A stretch of DNA of 64,000 bases. Source: Planctomycetaceae bacterium. Lineage in GTDB: Bacteria; Planctomycetota; UBA1135; GCA-002686595. Position numbers and translations under genes: made by a program. The notes below the pieces were generated by a model. The model worked only from the letters and a program-made list of their open reading frames with translations, had not been told where the DNA came from and searched no databases. Shown one piece after another: positions 16,671-26,433 of the stretch. The stretch lies in the NCBI GenBank assembly GCA_016125265.1, contig WGMC01000028.1, forward strand, positions 112,700 through 176,699, given 5' to 3'. Each line of letters begins with the position of its first letter. Position 1 is the first letter of the stretch.

Positions 16671-19040
16671 TCACGGGCAGAGAATCAGCTCGATTCCGTT
16701 CGTCAGTGCCGTGGTGCCCGCCGCAATCGCGGCCCCTTGCATGTGCAGCCGCAGGCCGGCGAACACGGGGTCGGGGGGCAGGCCCACGGGCAGGGCAAAT
16801 GCTCCGGCACCATCGGTCGCGAACGCACCGAGCACGTTCACCGGCACGACGAGCAGCACACCCTGGGGAATCGCAACCGCGGTTTCGCCCGGGCCCCAGG
16901 CGAACCAACAGGGCGCGGCGGCATCGGCGCCCTCCAACTGGAAGGTCAACGTGCCGCCCAGGGAAGTCGAACCGGTCGCCGCGAGGTTGAGAGGGTTCGT
17001 CGCGAGGTTCGTCGCGTCGTAACGGACCGTGCCGCAGGCCGGTTGGTTGCTTGCGCCGGGCGTGGGATCGAGCAGCGCGAAGAGCTCACTGTCCCCGTCG
17101 AACAGCGGGCCGACCGAAATGTTGGGCTGTTGGGCTCCAAAGGGCAGGCTCGCGATCAGCGTGGTGCCGTCGCGGCCGAAGATCGCGACGTTTTCGCCGC
17201 CCGCGGACAGTTTGAAGTCGGCGTGCAGCGGGCCCTGGTCGAGGTCCTCGTCGGCCCAGAACAGCAAGGTGGCCCCAGGGGCGAGCAGCGTGCCCGCGGG
17301 GATCTGCCACGCGGTCGGATCGCTCAACTTGTCCGTCATGTAGAGCCCGCCGAGGTCGATCGTGGACGTGCCGCGGTTGTAGAGCTCGACGTAGTCCTCC
17401 CACTGTCCGTTCTCGTCCTGCAGCACGGCCGTGTTCTGAGCCAGCACCTCGTTGATGACGATGTCCGTGTAGGGGATCGCGAACTCGAGCACGTGCGGCG
17501 CGATCTCGGTTCGTTTGGGTTCGAAGGTCGTCGATTGGAAGGCGTTGGCCGAGACGGCGCGCACGTAGTACGGCACCCGTTGGCCCGCGACACCCGTGAG
17601 CGGAAGCAGTGCGCCGTACACGCCGTCGCCCGCGAGACCGTCGCCCGAAAGCCCGTCGTCCGCCATGGCGACGCGGGTCCACGGAGCGCTGATATCCGGC
17701 TGGAAGTGCAGCCAAACCGAGGCCACGGGAACCAACGGACCGCTCACCGGAGCGCTGATGTGCACGGGCACACTCGGGGCGTCGGTGCTGGCCGTCACTG
17801 CGCCGATGACAGGGGCCGGGGCGTTGAGCTCCGCGTTCGAGAGTAGCAGTGCGCGCCGCTGGTCGACGTACTGCTTCAGGCCGATGATGTTCCCGCCGAA
17901 CGGCGGGAAGCCGCCGACGTTCACCGTGCTCGTGAAGTTGGTTTGGAAGGCGGCGTAGCTGTAGAGCTTCTTGGGGTCCGCCTGCACGGCCGCGTCGATG
18001 AGATCCCGCTGCGCCGTGAAGATCGGACCGATCACCGCCCAATCGAGGAGCGGCAGCAGGCTGCGCATGTGCGCGAAGTAGCGCTGGCGCAGCTCGGGCG
18101 CCGCCAGCATGTTGCTGAGGACGGGTTTGTTGTTCTGGCTGAAGTTCAAGGTCGGCGACCAGTTCGCGAACTTGAACGACTCGTTTCCGTCGGTCTGGAG
18201 CAGGTGCGTGCGGCCGTCCACCGGATTGCGGTACATCACGAAGTCCGCACCCTTGTTGATGTAGCTGTCGTCGTCCGCACAGAGGTTCTCGAGTGCGACG
18301 GTCCAGATGGCGGGGTCGACGGCGAACACCTGGTCGATCAGGGGCCAGTTCGCGGGCGGGGTGTTGTCGACGGCCGCACACACGGCGATCAGCGCGCCGA
18401 GCGGATCGGCGAGCCCGCCGTCGTCCTTGATCTCGTAACCCGCGTAGGCGCCCGGCGACGTGCCCGCGTACTGCAGTCCCGGTCCGTTGGGGTTGTTCGC
18501 GCACTTCACGCGCATCCCGTCGTCGTCCTCGAAGTAGTTGCGCAACATGCGCTTGTCGAACTGCTGCACGTTGGCGTACACACCCCAGTCCGCGCCGTTC
18601 AGCCGCAGCACGATGTTGTTCGCGCGCCCATTGGGGATCCAGTCCGCGAGCAGGTTCGAGTACACGACCTCGCGGCAGAACGTCGGGTCGGTGAACGCGT
18701 TGTTGAAGTTGAAGTTCTTGTAGCCGAGCACCTCTTGCTCGGGATCCACCTCATCGGTCTCGATGTTGAGCGACACCTTCTGCGAACCGGACGGCAGCGC
18801 CGTGTACGAGGTGTTGCCGCGGATCCGCACACCGACCCCCGGATAGACCTGACCGTCCACGGTCATGTCCGCGAGGATGTTGGTCTGGGACACGTAGTTC
18901 TGCTGCAGCAACTGCCACCAGTTGGCGTCGTGGAACTGGAGGTCGACCGTGCGCAGGACGGACGGGTCGTAGAAGTCCTGCGCGGCGGCTTGGCCTGCGC
19001 TCAAACACAGGGCAGCAAGCCCGATTCGGATCGTTTTCAT
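16671..19040 (-). CDS. CotH-family (atypical kinase fold) secreted protein with a C-terminal lamin-tail domain (LTD).
   Basis: Start at the internal ATG with a signal peptide (MKTIRIGLAALCLSAGQAAAQ). A long CotH-like region is followed by an LTD signature (VINEVLAQNTAVLQDENGQWEDYVELYNRGTSTIDLGGLYMTD). Confidence 0.7.
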   Translation of the reverse strand: MKTIRIGLAALCLSAGQAAAQDFYDPSVLRTVDLQFHDANWWQLLQQNYVSQTNILADMTVDGQVYPGVGVRIRGNTSYTALPSGSQKVSLNIETDEVDPEQEVLGYKNFNFNNAFTDPTFCREVVYSNLLADWIPNGRANNIVLRLNGADWGVYANVQQFDKRMLRNYFEDDDGMRVKCANNPNGPGLQYAGTSPGAYAGYEIKDDGGLADPLGALIAVCAAVDNTPPANWPLIDQVFAVDPAIWTVALENLCADDDSYINKGADFVMYRNPVDGRTHLLQTDGNESFKFANWSPTLNFSQNNKPVLSNMLAAPELRQRYFAHMRSLLPLLDWAVIGPIFTAQRDLIDAAVQADPKKLYSYAAFQTNFTSTVNVGGFPPFGGNIIGLKQYVDQRRALLLSNAELNAPAPVIGAVTASTDAPSVPVHISAPVSGPLVPVASVWLHFQPDISAPWTRVAMADDGLSGDGLAGDGVYGALLPLTGVAGQRVPYYVRAVSANAFQSTTFEPKRTEIAPHVLEFAIPYTDIVINEVLAQNTAVLQDENGQWEDYVELYNRGTSTIDLGGLYMTDKLSDPTAWQIPAGTLLAPGATLLFWADEDLDQGPLHADFKLSAGGENVAIFGRDGTTLIASLPFGAQQPNISVGPLFDGDSELFALLDPTPGASNQPACGTVRYDATNLATNPLNLAATGSTSLGGTLTFQLEGADAAAPCWFAWGPGETAVAIPQGVLLVVPVNVLGAFATDGAGAFALPVGLPPDPVFAGLRLHMQGAAIAAGTTALTNGIELILCP

Positions 19041-19395
19041 GGGGGAGTGGGGGCGGGTGTCGTGGGGGGTGGACCGGGACGGAACACGCCGGCTGGCCCA
19101 TGGGACGGATGGGCCGCTCAGATGTTCACGCGATCTTAATAATCTGGACAGCGCCGCGCGGATCGAGCCGGACGCCGCCGCGAGACCGCCGCGAGGCCGC
19201 ACCGCGATCCGCGGCCCCCCGCGCGTTCGCGTCTGGGGCACGGGCCCCGTGCCCCTTACTTGGGGGAATCCGCGCAACCGCTCCGCTGCGCCCGCGTCTT
19301 TGTGCAGGCCCGGGGCGGTCAGCGGCGTGCTGGCCCGCCCGACGTGGCCACACGGGGGGCCCTCGGGCCGCCCATGGACGGAGGGAGATCTACAC

Positions 19396-19896
19396 ATGAA
19401 CAAGTACTGGATCCTGTTGGCGCTCGCCCTGCCTTTGACGGCGGCGATCGCCGAGAACACGAACACCGATCCCTGCCTCGAGGACGGCAAGACGGTCGAC
19501 CTGGAGTTCGAGCGCCCCGAGTTGGGTGGCCCCGGCGATCCGGCCGGTGCCGAATGGACGGGCGGCGGCACGGGCAACCCCCAGGGCGCGGAGGACGACG
19601 CCGTTTTCGACGACCCCATGGGGCCGGCGGAAACCGCGGACTCCGGCGGCTCGGCGACGCTGCCGGTCAGCAACTCCGGAGGTGATCTCTCGGGTCCGAA
19701 TGGCGTCGTCCAGAACGGCGCCGGCGAAGGCGATTGCATCGAGGTCTACGTGACGTGGACCTACCGCTACCCGGTGCAGGTGTCCCGCAGCGTGAGTTTT
19801 GGTCTCGAGATCTTCGGGGTCAGCTTCACGGCCACGTCGGAGGTGTGGCGGTACGCGGTGAAGACCAGCAAGAAACAAGAGGTCTGCCCTTGTTGA
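19396..19896 (+). CDS. Small secreted hypothetical protein (166 aa, 4 Cys).
   Basis: A strong Shine-Dalgarno sequence (GGAGGGAG) lies 8 nt upstream of the ATG. It has a signal peptide (MNKYWILLALALPLTAAIA), a Gly/Asp-rich middle, and a C-terminus ...EVCPC. Confidence 0.65.
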   Translation: MNKYWILLALALPLTAAIAENTNTDPCLEDGKTVDLEFERPELGGPGDPAGAEWTGGGTGNPQGAEDDAVFDDPMGPAETADSGGSATLPVSNSGGDLSGPNGVVQNGAGEGDCIEVYVTWTYRYPVQVSRSVSFGLEIFGVSFTATSEVWRYAVKTSKKQEVCPC

Positions 19897-20831
19897 TCCC
19901 GCAGGGACACCGCCTCGGCTGGCTACTCGCTGTCGCTGCAGCGCTGTGCCTGCTCGGCGCCGTCGGCGCGCTCGTCGGGACCCACCTGACGCAGCGGCCG
20001 GCGGCGCCGGTGGTGCAGAGCTCGCCGCCCGCGCCCGACGAGCAGCCTCGACCCACCACGCCCGCGGCGGTCCGCGGCGACCGGCAATCGGTGTCCGTCG
20101 GCGCGAGCGCACACGCGGCGCCGCCCGCTCGACCCGACCCCAACGCGGGCACACAAGCGGAAGAGCGACGCGGCGCGGTCACCGGCACACTCTCGAACCA
20201 CTTGGGCGAGATCCTGGTGCAGCATCGGGTGCTGTTCCTTCGAGGACAGGACTTCGGCGGGGACCGTGTCCGTTCCGCGCTCACGGATGCCGACGGCTAC
20301 TTCCACGCGGAACGACTCGAAGTGGGCACGTGGTCCGTGTTCTACGCGGGTCCGAAGTCCGCGGGCAGCGCCGCCGCCGTCCATCTGGGCGACGTCGACG
20401 TCCACGCCGAGCAGTTGAGCCAGTTCCACCTCGTGCTCGTGGGCGACCGCCAACTCCGCGGAACGTACCGCATCCGCGACGAGGAGGGCATCGGGCTCGA
20501 ACTCGAACTGCGGCGTGTCGGCGACGGACGTGTCGTGGGGAGAGGGTTGGCAGTGGACCTCGAACCTCCGGGTGGCCGCGGGCCTTTGCCTCCCGAAGCG
20601 GAGGCACAGGAGGCCGATCGCGACACGTCGCGGGATGGCTCCGGGCCCGGCTCCTTCGCCTTCCGCGGCCTCGCGCCGGAGCCGCACGTGTTGCGTGTGG
20701 TGCTCGGCAAGGACAAACGCGGTCGGCCCATGGCCGTGGAGCACTTGCTCGACCTGACCGAGGGCGACCTGGTGCTCGTGGAGGAGCCCACGCTGGAGCA
20801 GTTCTTCCGCCGTGTGCTTGCCCCGAAGTGA
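19888..20831 (+). CDS. Membrane-anchored protein with carboxypeptidase-regulatory-like (CarbopepD_reg) domains. The start is uncertain (TTG).
   Basis: A TM helix (GWLLAVAAALCLLGAVGALVG) and a Pro-rich linker are followed by LTDADGYFHAERL...GTW and a second Ig-like unit. It overlaps the stop of the upstream secreted-protein gene. There is no in-frame ATG near the TM segment. Confidence 0.45.
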
Positions 20832-20945
20832 ACGCGGGCGATCGTGCCCCTGGTCCACCTGGGCCAGGGGCGACGGTGCGCACGCTGCTAGCGCGCGAGG
20901 ATCACAACCCGTCCCGTACTTCCCGTGTTAGGCTCCGCGCGCACC

Positions 20946-22802
20946 ATGCGAAGTCCCAACACCGGCGAACAGGAACACCACGCCGCCCTCGCGCCCGAGC
21001 CGGTGCCCCTCGACGCGGGACTGGAGCCGCTCTCCTTCGTCCTCGGGCTGTTTGCGGCCGTGGTGGCCGGTGGCGGCGCCTTTCTGCTCCGCCATTTCGG
21101 CGCCGGGCCCGTCCAACTCGAACTGAGCCTCTGGATGGTGGGGATCCTGACGCCACTCGGCTGCCTCGTGCGTGCGTGGAGTCGAAGTCGCTGGCCCAAG
21201 GCCATCGCGTTCGAAGGCGGGCGGCTGCGGATCCCTGGCCATTCGGACGGCCTGCCCGCGGCCGCGCTCCGCGGCATCGGCGTCGCGCGTGCGGGCGGGC
21301 GCGCGGCGTTGTTGCTGGATGTGGACGAGGGCGGCGCCGCGCTGGTGCCTCGGTGGGTGCTGGCCAGGGGCGCCAACCCCAGCGCACTCGAACAGTTTGC
21401 CCGTTCCGTCGCCCAGGGCCTCGGCATCGGTTCGGCGTCGCTGGGGCCGTCCACCGACCACCGCATCCTGCGGCAACTCTCTCGCACGCTGGCGCCAGGT
21501 GAGGCGCTCGCGGCGGTGCTGGTGCTCCTGATCCCCAGCCTGGTGCTGTCGCGGTTGGTGCAACTGTCCGTGCCCCAGCCAGAGCCCGTGCAGGTCCGGG
21601 GCGTGGCGCAGGACCGACTCTCCGTGCGGTACTGGAGTCCGCGCATCGGCGTGCAAGCCGCGGCGGGGGTTGGATTCGCCGGCGATGCCGTGGAAGCGGC
21701 CGTCGAGCGCCACACCGATGGGTTGCAGTTCGCGGCGGCGCCGACGCAGCCGCGCACCGGTTTGGGGCGCGCGCTCCGGCCCCGTGCAACGGACTTGGGC
21801 GCGCAGATTCCCGACGAGACTCCCGCAGCCGTTCGCGTGGAGCGCGCGGGCGACGCGGCGTTCCGCGCCCTTTCGTACCCCGTGGAGGAAAACCGCGCGG
21901 ACCTCTCCTGGCGGGTGCACGCGGAACTGTCGGTGGAGCAGGGCGAACGCTCGGTGCTCCACCGCTGGCAATACGACCTCGTCGGTTGGCGGCGCGGAAA
22001 CGGACCACTTGCCGGGGACGTCCCCCCGGTGACGTGGGCGCGTCCCGAGCCCTCGGCGCAGGCCGACGAGGCCGACGCCCCGTGGCTGCTCGCCGTCGGT
22101 GTGCCGAGCGCCACAGACGGCTCTGTCTCGCTCGCTGTCCACGGGGAGTGGGGGCCGGGCTCCGTCGGACCGTTTTCGGCCGAGCGCAAGTTGGTCGACC
22201 CGCGGCCCTACTTTGGGCGCGCGCTTGCGGCCGGCGGCGGCCGACTGGCGGTGGCCCACCGCGGCGGCGTCGCCGTGTACGGGGACCTCCTCGCCGGGTC
22301 CCAGTTGGTGCGCGCCATCGCCGCCGCGGATCCCGCGGACGACGGTTTCGCGCAGAACCTGGCGCTCAGCCCGGACGGGCGGTTCCTGGCGCTCGGCAGC
22401 GGGCGCGACGTGGAGCTCCACGACTTGGGCGCGGGCACACCTGCGCGCACACTCTCGGGGCTCCCGTTGCTGGCAGCGGCCGGCACGGCCCGGGGACCGG
22501 ACGCGGAGCCCCAGGTTGCCTTCTTCGGGGGCGAGCTCGCGGTGTTGTGGGGGGGCGCCGCGGGGCTCGAGTTCTTCAGCCGCGATCCGGCTCCGGGCGG
22601 AGGTTTTGCGTCCAGCGCCCGCACCGACCTTCGCTTCCTGGGCCGCCTGCCCGGGGAGCCCTTCGGGCTCGGCGCGCGTCTCGCGGCGGATGCGCCGAGC
22701 GGTCGCTTGGCCGTGCTCGTGGCGGGCACGGCGCGCTCCGCGCTGGGCTTTGGACCCCCTTCCCGAGCCCTGGTCCTTCTGGTGGAGCCCGCGCGGCCCT
22801 GA
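20946..22802 (+). CDS. Hypothetical polytopic membrane protein (about 618 aa).
   Basis: Hydrophobic helices are present (LSFVLGLFAAVVAGGGAFLL, LSLWMVGILTPLGCL, ALAAVLVLLIPSLVL). The plus-strand frame is far more protein-like than the antisense Arg-rich ORF. The alternative GTG at 20925 is also possible. Confidence 0.5.
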   Translation: MRSPNTGEQEHHAALAPEPVPLDAGLEPLSFVLGLFAAVVAGGGAFLLRHFGAGPVQLELSLWMVGILTPLGCLVRAWSRSRWPKAIAFEGGRLRIPGHSDGLPAAALRGIGVARAGGRAALLLDVDEGGAALVPRWVLARGANPSALEQFARSVAQGLGIGSASLGPSTDHRILRQLSRTLAPGEALAAVLVLLIPSLVLSRLVQLSVPQPEPVQVRGVAQDRLSVRYWSPRIGVQAAAGVGFAGDAVEAAVERHTDGLQFAAAPTQPRTGLGRALRPRATDLGAQIPDETPAAVRVERAGDAAFRALSYPVEENRADLSWRVHAELSVEQGERSVLHRWQYDLVGWRRGNGPLAGDVPPVTWARPEPSAQADEADAPWLLAVGVPSATDGSVSLAVHGEWGPGSVGPFSAERKLVDPRPYFGRALAAGGGRLAVAHRGGVAVYGDLLAGSQLVRAIAAADPADDGFAQNLALSPDGRFLALGSGRDVELHDLGAGTPARTLSGLPLLAAAGTARGPDAEPQVAFFGGELAVLWGGAAGLEFFSRDPAPGGGFASSARTDLRFLGRLPGEPFGLGARLAADAPSGRLAVLVAGTARSALGFGPPSRALVLLVEPARP

Positions 22803-22899
22803 CGGGGCCCGGCCGACCGCGCCTGTGACCGATCGGGGGCCGCTCGACCGGCCGGAGAGCCGTGTTGCGAGGCGCCTCGTCCGGCGGCCGCCTCGAGCG

Positions 22900-23075
22900 A
22901 CGTCGGCGGCGGGGGCTGCCGGACTCGGGACAGATGTTATCAAATAGGATCGAAATGGCGCGGTTTATGGCCAAGGGCGATCATATAAGAGCGTTTGTCT
23001 CCCGCCCGCGGGCTAGCCGATCGAAAACGAGTGTTTCTCGGCCACAAAGGCACCGAATCGATCGATAATGATCTC
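22900..23075 (+). promoter_or_regulatory. Putative hipBA promoter/operator region.
   Basis: This is the lowest-GC stretch in the neighbourhood (gttatcaaataggatcgaaatgg..tcatataagag). It contains dyad-symmetric elements (atcgatcgat; ccgatcgaaaacgagtgtttctcgg) immediately upstream of hipB. Confidence 0.35.
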
Positions 23076-23411
23076 ATGAAGCTGCAGGACCTGACGACGT
23101 CTCCCGCGATGCTGGCGGAACTCGGTCGGCGGTTGGCCCTCGCTCGGCGGCAGCGGGGGCTCTCCCAGGAGGAGTTGGCCGAGCGGGCGGGGGTCGGGGT
23201 GGCGACGCTCCGGCGCATCGAGGACGGCCGGGACGCGCGCCTCGGGTCCTGGCTACGGCTGTTGTCGGCCCTCGATTTGGTGGCGGCCGTGGACCTCCTG
23301 CTGCCCGAAGAGCAGCGCTCGCCCCTGGCCGAAGTGCGCGGCGAGCGCCGCCGACGTGGCGGGCAGGCGGGCCGTGGCACCCGCTTCGTGTGGGGGGATG
23401 AACGTCCGTGA
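23076..23411 (+). CDS. hipB: HTH XRE-family transcriptional regulator, HipB-like antitoxin.
   Basis: It carries a helix-turn-helix (LALARRQRGLSQEELAERAGVGVATLRRIEDG). Its stop overlaps the hipA ATG (ATGA). Confidence 0.75.
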   Translation: MKLQDLTTSPAMLAELGRRLALARRQRGLSQEELAERAGVGVATLRRIEDGRDARLGSWLRLLSALDLVAAVDLLLPEEQRSPLAEVRGERRRRGGQAGRGTRFVWGDERP

Positions 23412-24709
23412 CAACGGCGACCGTGCGGCTCTGGGACACGGCCATCGGCTACGTGTCGATGGACGTCGGCGAACCGTTTGCGCGTTTCGAGTACGACCCC
23501 GAGTTCGCCGAGGCTGGTGTCGAGTTGGCGCCGCTCGCCATGCCGCTAGCCAAGGGCCGCATCTACCGCTTCCCCGAACTCGCCCCGCGGTGTTTCCACG
23601 GTCTGCCCGGCCTCCTGGCGGACAGCCTGCCGGATCGCTACGGGCACCGGCTGATCGACGTGTGGCTCGCGCGCACGGGGCGGCGGCGCGAGGACTTCAA
23701 CGCGGTCGACCGGCTCTGTTACACGGGCACACGGGGCATGGGCGCGCTCGAGTTCGAGCCGGCCACCGGGCCCGCGGAGGGCTCGGATCGGCCGCTCGAA
23801 GTGGCCCAACTCGTCGAACTGGCGGCGCTGGCCTTCGCCGAGAAGGACGGCCTGAGCGCCAGGCTGGACGGCACCCAGGGCGACGGTGTGTTGCTCGACA
23901 TCCTCAGTGTGGGGACCTCCGCCGGCGGCGCGCGCGCGAAGGCGGTGGTCGCGTTCGATCCCAGCACCAAGGACGTGCGTTCCGGCCAGACCCGTTTGCC
24001 GCCGGGGTTCGAGCACTGGCTGATCAAGTTCGACGGTGTGAGTTTCAGCGGGGATTGGGGCATCGCGGACCCGGCGGGGTACGGCTTGCTCGAGTACTCC
24101 TACGCCGAGATCGCGAAGTTGTGTGGCATCCAGATGTCAGAGTGCCGGCTGCTCGAAGAGAACGGGCGCTCGCACTTCATGACGCGCCGCTTCGACCGCA
24201 GCGCGGATGGACGCAAGCAGTTCTTCCAGACGTTCGGCGCGTTGGCGCACTTCGATTACTTCGAGAGCGGCGCACACTCGTACGAACAGTTGTTTGCGAC
24301 GATGCGGCGCCTCGAACTGCCCAGCGCCGCCTTCGAGCAGCAGTTCCGCCGCGCCGTGTTCAACGTGGTCGGTTGCAATCAGGATGACCACGTCAAGAAC
24401 TTCGCCTTCCAGATGGACCGCCGCGGCCGATGGGACTTGGCGCCCGCCTACGACCTGTGCCACGCGGAGGGCAGCGACTTCACGCGCCACCACCAGCTCA
24501 GTCTGAACGGCAAGACCCATGGCTTCGTGCGCGCCGACCTGCGCGCCCTGGCCGAACACGCGCTGCTGCCCCAGGGCCGCGACCGCGCGATCCTCGAACA
24601 GACGCTCGAGGCGTTCGCCAAGTGGCGGGACCTGGCGGGGGAGCTGGCAATCCCCGAGCGCCTGCAAGAGCACGTGCAGCGCACCCTGCGCCTCGACTGG
24701 CCCCACTGA
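23408..24709 (+). CDS. hipA: HipA-family serine/threonine kinase toxin.
   Basis: HipA N-terminal and C-terminal domains are present with the catalytic motif DDHVKNFAF (D-x-H-x-KN). It is 433 aa and sits immediately downstream of an XRE HTH gene. Confidence 0.85.
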   Translation: MTTATVRLWDTAIGYVSMDVGEPFARFEYDPEFAEAGVELAPLAMPLAKGRIYRFPELAPRCFHGLPGLLADSLPDRYGHRLIDVWLARTGRRREDFNAVDRLCYTGTRGMGALEFEPATGPAEGSDRPLEVAQLVELAALAFAEKDGLSARLDGTQGDGVLLDILSVGTSAGGARAKAVVAFDPSTKDVRSGQTRLPPGFEHWLIKFDGVSFSGDWGIADPAGYGLLEYSYAEIAKLCGIQMSECRLLEENGRSHFMTRRFDRSADGRKQFFQTFGALAHFDYFESGAHSYEQLFATMRRLELPSAAFEQQFRRAVFNVVGCNQDDHVKNFAFQMDRRGRWDLAPAYDLCHAEGSDFTRHHQLSLNGKTHGFVRADLRALAEHALLPQGRDRAILEQTLEAFAKWRDLAGELAIPERLQEHVQRTLRLDWPH

Positions 24710-24759
24710 TCGCGCGACAGCGCACAAGCCGGGCAACCGCAGGTGCGCCGGTTGGGTGG

Positions 24760-24975
24760 GGTGCGCGGGCCGGGTACGCGGGCCGGGTGCGCGGGCCGGG
24801 TGCGCGGGCCTCCAGGCCCGCCTCGGAGCGTGGGGCGGTTCCCCGCAGTGCGCCGCCCCTTGGGCGCGGACAGGGCCGCGCCCCTACAGACCGCACCACA
24901 GGATCGGGAACAAGGCGGGCCTGGAGGCCCGCGCACCCGGCTCAACCCGGCCCGCGCACCCGTCCCGCGCCCGGC
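24760..24975. repeat. Composite GC-rich palindromic repeat element.
   Basis: Tandem 13-nt GCGGGCCGGGT(A/G)C x3 leads into ggtgcgcgggcctccaggcccgcc (24799-24822). This is mirrored by ggcgggcctggaggcccgcgcacc (24915-24938) and the reverse-complemented acccggcccgcgcaccc repeats. The central core hairpin is gggcgcggacagggccgcgccc + ctacaga. Confidence 0.8.
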
Positions 24976-25040
24976 ACCAAGGGCCAGCCACCGCCCGTCG
25001 GGCGCGCGCAGCCGGCCCCTCCCCCGGTCGATGGGGGAGC

Positions 25041-26261
25041 ATGGATGCGGTGACCGAGGCGGTGCGGGCCATGTACACGGCGTTTCCCTACCCGGCGGGC
25101 GGGCCGGTGCTGCGCCAGGGTACGGACGCGCGGCTCCTGCTCTCCTACGCCGCGCGCAGCCGGCCGGCCGGGCGCGCGATCCGGGTGCTCGACGCCGGTT
25201 GTGGGCGAGGGGTGGGCCTCGTTGCCGCCGCCAGTGTGCAGCCCGACGTGGACTTCGTCGGCATCGATCTGTGCGCGCGCTCGCTCGCGGAGGCCCGCGC
25301 CGAAGTCGATCGCCGCGGCCTCAACAACGTCGAGCTCGCCGAAGTCGATCTGATGACCCTCGAGGGACTGCGTGTGCCGGAGGGCGGCTTCGATGTCGTG
25401 CTCTCCTCGGGTGTCGTGCACCACCTCGCGGATCCCGCGGTCGGACTCGCGCGCCTCGCTGCAGTTCTCGCGCCGCACGGCGTGCTTTCGCTGATGGTCT
25501 ACGGCCGGCACGGCCGCGAGAGCCTCTACCGCCTGGTGCGCGCCATCGACGCGTTGGTACCGCGCGACGCGCCGCTCGAAGAGCGCCTGACGCTGGGCCG
25601 CGAACTCGCCAAGACCGCGAAGGCGCCCGCACTCGCGGCTGGGCCTTGGAGCGACCAAGCTTCGATCCACGACGTCGAGTTCGTGGACCGCTACCTCAAC
25701 GTGCACGAGACGAGTTACGACGTTCCCGGCCTGTTCGCGCTGGCCGAGCGCGCCGGCCTCTCGTTCTTGCGCTGGACCGAACCCGCGGACTGGGACCCCG
25801 CGTCCGTGCTGCCGCCCGGCCCGCTGCTCGAGCGCGCCCGAGCCCTTGCGCCGCGCGACCGCGCCGCGCTCGTCGACGAACTCACGTGGCGACCCGCCCT
25901 CGAAGCGGTGTTCGCCCATCCGACGAATGGCGCGCGCGCGCCGCTCGACGGGCGCAACTGGGCGCAGGAAGCGCTGGCCTGGAACCCCGAGGCGACGCTG
26001 CTGGTCGAGCGCCGCAACCTGCGCGGCAGCCAACGCACCGAATCGGTGCGCCTGCAAGTGCGCCGGCGCGACCCGCTCGCGCTGCCCCAAGCCGAAGCGC
26101 AACTCGCGCTGCTCCTCGAACACCAGCAGGAGCCGTTCCGCTTCGGCGACCTCGTCAAACTGGCGGCGGAGCGTTCCATGCCCACCAAACTCGCCCAACA
26201 GGCGACCCTGACCCTGCTCGCCCGCGAAGCGCTCTACCGCCCCCAACCAGCGGACCTCTGA
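25041..26261 (+). CDS. Class I SAM-dependent methyltransferase with a C-terminal domain of unknown function.
   Basis: It has a Rossmann motif I (VLDAGCGRGVGL) and a post-I acidic residue. About 200 aa of C-terminal extension has no recognisable motif. Confidence 0.7.
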   Translation: MDAVTEAVRAMYTAFPYPAGGPVLRQGTDARLLLSYAARSRPAGRAIRVLDAGCGRGVGLVAAASVQPDVDFVGIDLCARSLAEARAEVDRRGLNNVELAEVDLMTLEGLRVPEGGFDVVLSSGVVHHLADPAVGLARLAAVLAPHGVLSLMVYGRHGRESLYRLVRAIDALVPRDAPLEERLTLGRELAKTAKAPALAAGPWSDQASIHDVEFVDRYLNVHETSYDVPGLFALAERAGLSFLRWTEPADWDPASVLPPGPLLERARALAPRDRAALVDELTWRPALEAVFAHPTNGARAPLDGRNWAQEALAWNPEATLLVERRNLRGSQRTESVRLQVRRRDPLALPQAEAQLALLLEHQQEPFRFGDLVKLAAERSMPTKLAQQATLTLLAREALYRPQPADL

Positions 26262-26433
26262 CGCCCACGCGGGAGCGCGCCGCCGTATCGAGCCTCTGAC
26301 GGCCCCGCCCCGCGGCCGCCCTCGGTTACCGCGGACCTCCCAACGGACCGTTCTTCGCCGACTGGGGCAAAAGCGCATCCGAGCCTGCGGAAAAGTAGCA
26401 TCGAAGGCTGCGGGGAAATGGCATTCTGGCCCC

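Noticed and set aside
20928-22943. 671-aa minus-strand ORF antisense to the 20946-22802 membrane-protein gene.
   Set aside because: The antisense product is extremely Arg-rich (RRTRRLATRLSGRSSGPRS...). The plus-strand product has TM helices and balanced composition. There is residual uncertainty because neither has a known family.
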